DNA of 64,000 bases, from assembly GCF_000143415.4 (NCBI RefSeq), contig NW_003314449.1:1-64000 (forward strand). Direction: 5' to 3'. The notes below the pieces were generated by a model, which saw only the letters and a list, made by a program, of their open reading frames with translations, did no database searches and was not told the DNA's origin. The DNA comes from Selaginella moellendorffii (lineage: Eukaryota > Plantae > Lycopodiophyta). This document shows, piece by piece, positions 37,763 to 46,997 of the stretch (position 1 is the first letter of the stretch; every line of letters begins with the position of its first letter). The position numbers and the translations under genes are program-made.

Positions 37763-39245
37763 CAATTCAGTAGCTTGATAAACATGCAAATACAGAACTT
37801 GATGCAAAATCCTTTGATATGTCACAATGCCCCTAGGACCATAAACACATTTCAATAGAGAGGGTCCTTTCATTTCATAACTCCTTACGTAGATCTTGGT
37901 GAAACCAGAGTTAGTGAAGTTGGTTTCTTGTGATCCCGCATCTGATTGTGATGTCCCTTTGCAGTGTCGATGGAAAGGTCAATGCACACCAAACTGTAGA
38001 ATCTTGGAGCAAAATAACGGTCGGATCTATGGCAAATGCCCCTGAAACATTGTAAGGCTCGTGTGGTCTCATGTGGTGTCCGATCGAGATGCTTCTTTGC
38101 AGGGTCATCAAGAAGGACATTGTATACCGTTCTGTAAAATATAGTTGCGATCTAACGGTTGGATCTCCAGGAAACTCAAAACAATCTCGCGCGTGTCAGA
38201 ATATTCTAGGAATATACTCCTATGTGCTCTTGAAAATGGCATGCGGCCCCACGCCATTCAAGAGATAATGCCAGATGACGCCGAGCATTTTTTGGTGCAT
38301 TTTTTGGGATCAAAATTGCATGAGCCCACACGCTTGAACGTCACATCAAATCCTCTGACAATTTATTTAGCTGAACATCTAGCATTTTTGGAAATACAAG
38401 ATGCTTTGGAATATCCAATCATGCATAATATAAATATAGCGAGGGTATTAAATGATATCCCAATCATGATCTTTCTTTTGGATTTCGCGTGCATGCAGTC
38501 CGAGGAATGATGACGTTGCGGATTTCTTTTGGATTTCACGCATGCATGCGCCGATCCAGAAATTAATGGTGGCGCCCAAGTCCAAGGAATGATGACATGG
38601 CGGGATTACCAACCGTCGTGACATTTCGCACGTGTGAGGTTAGGTTTTGCATTTTGCTTCGTACTCGCGCTCGCACACTCGCGCTCGCATCGCGCTCCCA
38701 CTCGCGCTCCCACTTCTCTACAGGTTTCTCGTGTGCATCGGCGTCCACTCGCGCTTGCATCACACTCGCGCTCGCATCGCGCTCGTGTGCATCGGCGTCC
38801 ATTTCAAGACACACCCAGTTTGTAACTTCGCCGCCAACTCCGCCGCCCACTCCGCCACCCACACGCAGCCCACTTGGCGTCCCGGGAGATTTCAGCGCCA
38901 CTCTCCAACTGTAAGTGGCAGAGTAGCCTTGCTGCTATGATCCGCTGCACACACAGTGCACATTCGCCAGCAAGTCCGGTTGTCACGCCTCCATTCGGCT
39001 TCAAATGGTAAGTCTTTAGGCCAAGTAGAAAATGGCATGAGGCTACATGCCATTCAGTAGCAACATTGGCATGCACCGATTGGGCTCTCGAGTGCAGTCC
39101 GGTTACAGATGGCGTGTAGCCTCACGCCATCTTAGGATGCAGCCTCAAGACATCTGATACAGTGGTGAATGGCGTGTGGCCTCACGTTATTTCCAGCTAC
39201 TAGCTTTTCATCTGTCAGCTCTAATTGTTGTGCATTTCTGAACAG

Positions 39246-42200
39246 GCAAGGAATTGCGTTCTTCTTCCAGCCACTGTCAATGTGGATGCAGAGAAGGGGG
39301 AGGAGCTCACCAGTTGGACTTTCGGGATGGAAGGCGAGGATCTGAGGCTGTACAACACAGATGGTGGGAGAAAAGAATGCATGGGGATCCTCATCCAAGT
39401 GACAGACACTCCATGCAGTTCCATGCAAGAATATGGACTGGCACTTTTGGTAGAGACAGCGTCTGCCTTCAAGATCCACCTTGCACATCCTAGCGGCTTC
39501 CCGGAGGGGGGCAGCGGCTATGAGGAATTCCTAGAGGGAGCTAGGGAGAGGTTGTCCAGGAGGCCCACAATTTCAAAGACGCTACGGGTCTATGAAGATC
39601 ACATGGAATCCACGGACCTCACCTACGGCGATGTTCAAAAACTATATTCCAACATTGAGCCGTTGAGAGTGACTCCAGTTCGCGAAGCAAAGGGGAAGGG
39701 GGTCGATCTGGAAACTACCTCGAAGCAGAAAAGGGTGGTCAAGCTCAAGCCGACGTCCGACTCTCCTGCTCCAAAAAAGAAGCTACTCAGTGATGCCATT
39801 GCCTCGGGTTCGAACACTACACCCACCAAAAAGAAGAGCCGCAAAGAGCAGAAAGAGCAAGAAGAGGCAGCAAAAATCGTCGCAGATAATAGTACTTGTT
39901 ACTATTCCAACAAAGTATATACAATCGACGTGAGCCGTATCGACATCCAAAGCAAATACAACCACAGGCTAGTATCTGATGAGTGGGTGGAGAAATTGAA
40001 GCAGAAGATGCTGGCAAGTCCAGTAACACCCGACATCGCAGACGTGATCCCCTACTACCAAAAAATGAAGGGCGAGATGAGGTTTCCAGACTTGATCAAT
40101 AGGAAGGTGTTGGACGATCAGAACATCCGGTTCTATGCCGTCTCCGGGCAGCATTCTAGCTTGGCGATGCAAGAGATAGTTGTGGATATTATGGTGGGCG
40201 AGGAGGTGAAGAAAGTCTTCAAGACAAGAGTTGTTCGCCTGATAAAAGGCAACTCGCCCCTCCGATCTATCATATACATCTCCCATGCGCAGAATGTCAA
40301 GCAAGAAACGTGCTACAAATCGGGTCTGCACGAGACATTGGCACGAACACGGAAGCTCTGGGTTCAACTGAAGAAGCCACAAAAACCAGGACAAGGACGT
40401 GCACTAGCAACTAGCGCCTGGCAGGTAAGCCTCGTTGTATGTGGCATAGCATGTGGCCTCACGCCATTTCCATTGCAGGAATTCTCGAGTCTTCTCTCGA
40501 AAACACTGGGGGTCAATGACACACTCAGCATCCATAACATTCTACTCGCGACAAAAGTTGTTTTTGACAAATGGGTAGATGTGCTGAGGAGGTACCATGA
40601 CGGGGAGTTGCCAAACTCAATGGGTGTGGAGGACGGCCGGAAGCCCAATGATTTGAAGCTCAACGCCTTGCATTTCTCGCGGTCTCTAGACGACGACGAC
40701 CTTCTGACAGTGGCTAATGCTCTTCTACGTGGTGAGGTAGTCTTCAACAAGACCAAAATGACTCCCGGCCATATTGTGACATACGAGGACTTGTGCACGA
40801 CTCTGAGAGCTCGTGCGCTATTGAAGGATTGGATCTTCGAGCAAGTGGCCGTGGAGAGGGTGAGCATCGACACCACGCAAGAGATGATGGAAGCGCTGGA
40901 GTTGTCAAATGAAGACATCGACGAGTACGTGAAGGGGGCCCCCAAGTTCATCGATCTGCTGCGGGATGCCACGAAAAGTAAAGCTGAGAAGTTGGATCAG
41001 TATCCAAATTTCATTAATATTGATGTCGACCGCCGGCTTTAGAAACAGCTCGACCCCGCAGCAGAGGCCTATCGAGAACCTTACCGGGTATACTTGAATT
41101 CAGATGAGGATCAAAGGTGGAGGAGCATCGTTTCCCGCGGAGATGAGCAGGTCAAGAACATCTTTTGTGTGATGGACTTCACAAACGAGGAGATCACTCA
41201 TGCAGACGAAGTCAGCTCCATCATTGACTTAATGGTGGGACTTGCGGAGGTGGAATCTTCAGTCCACTATATGATCTACGACTCCGAATCCTATCACAAG
41301 TTCTGGAAGGCCTTGAACGAGGTGAAGGCTCGGTTGAAAGGCAAGGAGATGCGGGAGATCCATGGGATAATGGCTAAGAAGAAGATACCGACGAATGTCC
41401 GCATCTTCACACTCGCCCTTGTTATTGGTCCTGCAGCAGAGTGGGACTGGAGTGACTTCCCAGCTTCGTTCGACAAGGCCAATCGAATTGATTTGAGGGA
41501 GGTCAATTTACCCGTGCCTGAGGAACTGAAGACGGCTATGGAGCTTTCGAATCCAAAGAAAGCTCCAGGTGCAGCATGGGAAATGCTCAGCTGGGTCTTC
41601 AACGCAATAGCGGGTGGGTCACCTGCTTCCGACTCCAAGGGCAAATGCATTGTCGAGTACAACTGCGGCGGACTATTCTTTCGAGCCGCACTACTCAAGG
41701 GTGTCCCGTGTGTTGCGGTGACAAACTCCATTGAAGAGGTGACTTCAATGGAGCATATAATTACAGTTGCCAAAGAAAAACAGTATCTTCTCTGCGAACC
41801 TGGTGAGTATGCACTTTAAGTTTAAATGTTATCTCACAAGCTCTGTATGCAGGAGCGTGGCCACCCCCAGATGCTGAAATGGCGTTAACAGCTACTATTG
41901 AAGATACCCATGTTGGGCCGAGCTCACAACCTGCACAAGGTAAGGTCACATGCATATGGATCCGCCAGTGGACTCTACTTGGCTGCAAGAGTCATCAGAG
42001 CTGGTGGAGGCTACTATCCATATCAACGCCAAGCAAGCTGACCACGCTCCACTTGATGCTGCCCATACCACTGAGTCAATCTTGTCCACGTATCCAACTG
42101 ACGGTGACCAGGCGCCATTGGACCCACATGAGGCCGCCCCAGCCGCCGAGCCGGTCGTATCCTCATTTCCAACGGACTCAACGTGTGCCCAATCGTTTGA

Positions 42201-43400
42201 CTACGCGCCGTTGGAACCTCCCTACACCGCCCCTGCTGCCTGTTCGGTCATGTCCACTTTGCCAACGGAGGCACCAGCTGAAATGGCGTGTGATCACACG
42301 CCATCGGAACCACCCCATGCCACTGTTGAGCCAGTTGTACCAGAGTCTACAGCTGAAATGGCATGTGCCCACACGCCATCGGATGCGATTGACCCCACAT
42401 TGCAGAGGAGAGTATTTCCGCCCTTCACGTTTCCTCGACCAAAACCCTCTCAACGACCATCGGGAGCAACATTCGCTAATATTGTAGATGGTAAAATTGA
42501 CTTGTACCATTTTTTATGCTGACGCATTTCATTTCAGAGTCACGGCGAAGGTACTGTATCGTTTTTGATCTGAACGGTGTCCTTTTCTCCCATGAGCGTG
42601 GCTCGTCCTCGAATGTCATTGCACCCTCCAAAGCCTGCGGTCGCAAGTTGGTCAAAAGAGACAGATTCACATTAATCACACAGGAGAAACTGCGGGATCT
42701 AATAATGACCATGCGACACTTAAAACAGAGGGCCGGGTTCAATTTGCAATTGGGAGTTTGGACATCCATGATGCGCCACAATGCATTAACATTGCTACAG
42801 ATGATGCACGATCAGACGCGAGTAATATTACCATTTGACTTTCTCCTAACGCAGGAGGATTGCTTGACTATGGTCCATGTGAGGGGTAGCAAGCCCATCT
42901 TCATCAAGCCAGAGGCTGTAGTGATGAACCGGACTGCTAGCTCAAGTGAAATCCTCATCATCGATGACTCGCCGATTAAAACTGCAGCGAACACGCACAC
43001 ATATGCAGTGCACCCCATCTCTTGCAGTATGGAAACTAGGGAGAAGAAACCGTATGTTCTGGGGGACCTTGCAAAACGGCTTGGAGCGATGGTGATAGAG
43101 AACCGGCCAGTCCAGGAGGTGGCTGCAGAAATCAACCAAATGGCAGATGGAACGGTATATCAGAAGCCATTTGATCGGACAGACACCAGTCATCATTTAT
43201 GGCATGTATATTGTCTAGCCAAGCACTATCCGCATCTCCATAATCTGCTCAACCGGATGGGTTCTTCGACCACTGAACATGAGCGTGGACGTATTAGAGA
43301 AGAGATGGCATTACTATTGGGTTTAAATCCTGATAGTGTGGAGAGTGATGAAATTCCAAGATTATTGTATAGGCGTTGGAGGCAAAAAATAACAGTCTGA
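39246..43400 (+). pseudogene. Spliced transposon cargo gene: ParB/Srx-like, degenerate N4/N6 DNA-methyltransferase-like, low-complexity linker and FCP1/NIF-like HAD phosphatase domains; one premature stop (41040) and a 1.24-kb deletion
   Basis: ORFs 39225-41042 and 41094-41819 share a frame (TAG at 41040 is CAG in copy 2). Motifs IDVSRI..NHRLVSDEWV..FYAVSGQHS, IFCVMDFT..GKCIVEYNCGG..AALLKG, and FDLNGVL..VWTSM..IIDDSPIK. Short GT-AG introns at about 40424-40478, 41803-41852 and 42491-42537. True start codon not determined. Confidence 0.75.
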
Positions 43401-43818
43401 GATGGCATGTATTTATTTAAAAATGTAACTTATTATGGTATGGGGTTCCATGCCATTGTATTAATATTAAAAGACAATTCTTTGAGAGGATTTGCATTAT
43501 ACTAGAAGTGTTACAGCATGTTATTGGAAGTCTACGAAGTTGTTTTATTAATAATGGGAAAGTAAAGATTGAATGGGGACTTGGGCTCCACCTAGACTCG
43601 GAGCAACTGAGCCAATATTAAAAGGATGGAAAGAAATTGGACGACGATGACAAGGAGAAGAGAGAGGTGAAGCAGTGGCAGGGGGAGGAGAAGTGATTGA
43701 GTAGACATTTCCTTGTTTAAAATAAAATGGCATGTGCCTCAATGCAGTTGAATTTTGTTATATTTATATACTATATAAAGGTTTGGAAACCTTATTTTAC
43801 AAGTGGGATAATGACAAT

Positions 43819-43842
43819 TCCCACTTTAACGAAATAGAGCTT
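43819..43842 (-). repeat. Right TIR (24 bp)
   Basis: tcccactttaacgaaatagagctt followed by ttga. Confidence 0.93.
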
Positions 43843-44229
43843 TTGAGAGTTCATTCCCTATTTCTTCTCATTTTTTGTTCTTTCCAGATTTTTCCCCATT
43901 TTTCCTATTCTATTGAGTTTTTCATCATTTTCTTGATAGTTGTAAAAAATCTCCTAAACCAGCGTGAGATTAGCTGATCAGCAGAGTAGAGAGTACCACT
44001 CAACGGAGTTATGAGGAGTGTGGGGCTACCCTATCAGACGAATTTTTATTGTGGAAAATGCCATTCTAATGGGACAAAGGAGTTCTGTAGACGGCTGGAG
44101 GATTACCTCGAGAGAAAACCGAGAGGACAAGAGTGGAATGGAAGACCATTCTTGTGCAACAACTGTGTCAAAGGAATAGCCACCTTCGCAAACTTATGCT
44201 GGAAATGTTGGTAGTAATTAGCCATTCTA

Positions 44230-44960
44230 AGGAAACTGCATAACTCGACCATTGTAGTTGGTGTAGGCTAGTTCTCCACCACAGCCACCTTCCTTGGATC
44301 CATTTTGACACCCTTAAATGTCACAATATGGCCTACATATTCCACCTCTGACTTTGTAAATTCACATTTGCTCTTCTTCACATAAAGTTTGCAGTCACGA
44401 AGTAACAAAAAAACCTTGCACAAATGCACTTTATGCTCCTCCATATTTTTGCTGAAAACAAGAATATTGTCCAAGAAATCTCCATAAACTCATGAAGATA
44501 ACACACAAATACCTCCATCATCAACCGAGTAAATGTGGCTAGTGCATTTGTCAAACCAAACAACATAACTATAAATTCAAAATGCCTGATGCTTTTGTTG
44601 AATGCCATTTTGGAGATAGATGCATCATCCATTGCAATTTGATGATATACACTCCTCAGATCAATCTTGGTAAACACACGTGCTTCACCAAGCTTGTCTA
44701 AGATGTCATCCACACATGGCATCAGCATTTTATCCTTCACTATCTTCTTGTTCAAGACACGGTCGTCAATACACATTTTCATTGAATCGTCTTTCTTCTT
44801 CACAAGCAAGACCATAGCACCAAATAGAGACTTACTTGGTTGAATAAATCCAAACTCAAGTAACTCCTTGACTTGTTTTGCTCCTTTGCATAACTTAACT
44901 AAAATAGACGCCGATAAATTGGCTGTGTCCCTGGCTCCAACATAATCCCATGCTCCACAA
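44230..44960 (-). mobile_element. Decayed Ty3/gypsy RT fragment
   Basis: VLLVKKKDDSMKMCIDDRVLNK, FTKIDLRSVYHQI, MLFGLTNALATF and KKSKCEF. Confidence 0.88.
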
Positions 44961-45262
44961 GCTACCTCTACTCAGCATTTCGATGCTTGTGTAGAGGGGC
45001 TGGAAGTGTTGGTTGGCAAAACCACACTTGTGGAGACTTTTTATTTTGCGGATATCCATCGTGTGGATCTCATTCTTGGGATCCCATGGTTGGTGAAGGT
45101 GGATCCAGGGATAAAGTGGAGTATTAAGTGTGTCTCGCTAGAGTACAATGGCGTTAAAGATGTGTACCCACTCGGATCATCGTTTTTATCTCTACATATG
45201 CAATAAGACTAGTTGCCCAATCTCATTAGATAGCTCGCCGAGACTCATTCTCTAATACCAAA

Positions 45263-46400
45263 TGTAGCGCACGTGGTTTTTACCCTTTATCCTATGGTGA
45301 TTTACTATAGGATAACCATGGAAGCAGAACCTAAACCCTCCATATGCCACATGTCATATGCCATGTGTCACATGCCACATGTCCAAAAGACAATGGTGTG
45401 GAACCCGAGTTTTAGGGCCTTGGGCCAAAACAAAAGAACGGTGCCAAACTCCCAAGCATGGAGCCAGGGAGTGACGAAACTGAACCATGGAGCAACTCTT
45501 AAGCATACAACCCAAGGAGCAAAGGGACAGGAGCCCAGAGTGACTTGGAACAGTCCTAGAGCAACTAGCATCCCAATGCCAGGACCAACACGCAAAACGG
45601 AGCCAAATAGAGTCTGGTGCTATTTTGGTATATTAGTAGCGTAACGCGAGAATATGGGTACTCCACCAACTAGCATGGTGTGGAACTTAGGCTTAGACCG
45701 AAGTCGGACGTAGAACAAGCACAAGCATGCAAGCGAAAGCTAGACTATGCCTCAGATGGTCGGCCATGCCCGACCTACCCACTATCCCTACTATACATTT
45801 GGAACCCTCGATAACCCCCCCTGTTGAGGAACACACACTTTGGGCTTTCACCCCAAGCCTCCCGTAGTACCAGGAGTTAGTCTCTGGGACAAGCTCAAAA
45901 CTTACTAAATATGGAATGTCCCTAGATTGCAAATTTGGACATGGGACGAACACCACGGTGTTCAAGTTAATCTCTACATTCCGTAGATATACCAAATAAG
46001 CAAATCTAGACACTTTCCATAAATAATATTTGGGACCAAAATGAGACTAACACAAAGGGTATGATAGTAAGGGTGTTTGGCAAATACGGTAAGCTATCAT
46101 TTAGCAAATATTGAGGGACCAATCTCAATATTGCGAGGGTTCCCAACACTAGCAAGTGTAAGTTAACGAATGAATTTCTCTAATTAGGTCAAGTATGCTT
46201 GACTAATAGCACTTAGGAATTCCATCCTTATGCTCATCTAGTCAAGTGCACACACGAGGACCAATTTCTCAACTAGCTTAGGCAAAGATTAATAACGGGT
46301 CTAGCAATATTAACCTCTTGCTGTCATGGCTGTAAGGAAAGAGTGTCCGTAAGGACTGGCCGACAGGTAACTTTCGATACCCGAAGTCACATTCGCGACA
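45263..46400 (-). mobile_element. Diverged 5' LTR (1138 bp) of a relative of the 24204 chromovirus, with PBS at 45249-45262
   Basis: Reverse complement of tgtcgcgaatgtgacttcggg...gtgcgctaca followed by tttggtattagaga. Confidence 0.88.
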
Positions 46401-46997
46401 AAACAAAAGTTGATGGTCAAGGACTTTCATGCTTATGCATGAAACCATGTTACATTGGTTAGATGACTTGCTAAGCAAGAGTGACAAGTTAGAGGAACAA
46501 ATCCCCTAGTTGAAGGTGCTAACTTCAAAAGGGGTGGCCCATGGGGCCAAGCATGAAGCTCTATTTCGTTAAAATGGGAATTGTCATTATCCCACTTGTA
46601 AAATAAGGTTTCCAAACCTTTATATAGTATATAAATATAACAAAATTCAACTGTATTGATTCACATGCCATTTTATTTTAAACAAGGAAATGTCTACTCA
46701 ATCACTTCTCCTCCCCCTGCCACTGCTTCACCTCTCTCTTCTCCTTGTCATCATTGTCCAATTTCTTTCCATCCTTTTAATATTGGCTCAGTTGCTCCGA
46801 GTCTAGGTGGAGCCCAAGTCCCCATTCAATCTTTACTTTCCCCTTATTAATAAAACAACTTCGTAGACTCCCAATAACATGCTATAACACTTCTAGTATA
46901 ATGTAAATCCTCTCAAAGAATTGTCTTTTAATATTAATACAATGGCATGGAACCCCATACCATAATAAGTTACATTTTTAAATAAATACATGCCATC

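Larger units (their letters stand above)
33281..43456. repeat. Dispersed 22-bp palindrome family ATGGCRTG-W-GGCC-W-CAYGCCAT inside the transposon
   Basis: Copies at 33281 (half), 34615, 34672, 36518, 36588, 36686, about 37298, 38236, 39032, 39109, 39169, 40446, 42283, 42358 and 43435, plus 49338, 49529 and 49670 in the copy-2-only segment. Confidence 0.92.
32678..43842. mobile_element. 11,165-bp TIR DNA transposon (Sola-like DDD transposase plus divergent cargo gene), 4-bp TSD TTGA
   Basis: Perfect 24-bp TIRs AAGCTCTATTTCGTTAAAGTGGGA (32678-32701 / 43819-43842), flanked by ttga at 32674-32677 and 43843-43846. A second copy starts at the same terminal base at 46556. Confidence 0.93.

Noticed and set aside
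33395-41773. Antisense and alternate-frame ORFs over the transposase and cargo gene (e.g. 33865-34623, 40364-40972, 41294-41773)
   Set aside because: Shadow ORFs of genuine coding frames with no independent motifs.
33281-43456. Palindrome series as a CRISPR array
   Set aside because: Spacing is irregular (about 60 bp to over 1.8 kb), copies lie in exons and introns, there are no cas genes, and the context is eukaryotic.
32678-43842. Classification as CACTA, MULE, hAT or Harbinger
   Set aside because: The termini are not CACTA, the TSD is 4 bp (not 3, 8 or 9-10), and the catalytic motifs match Sola/DUF7869-type proteins.
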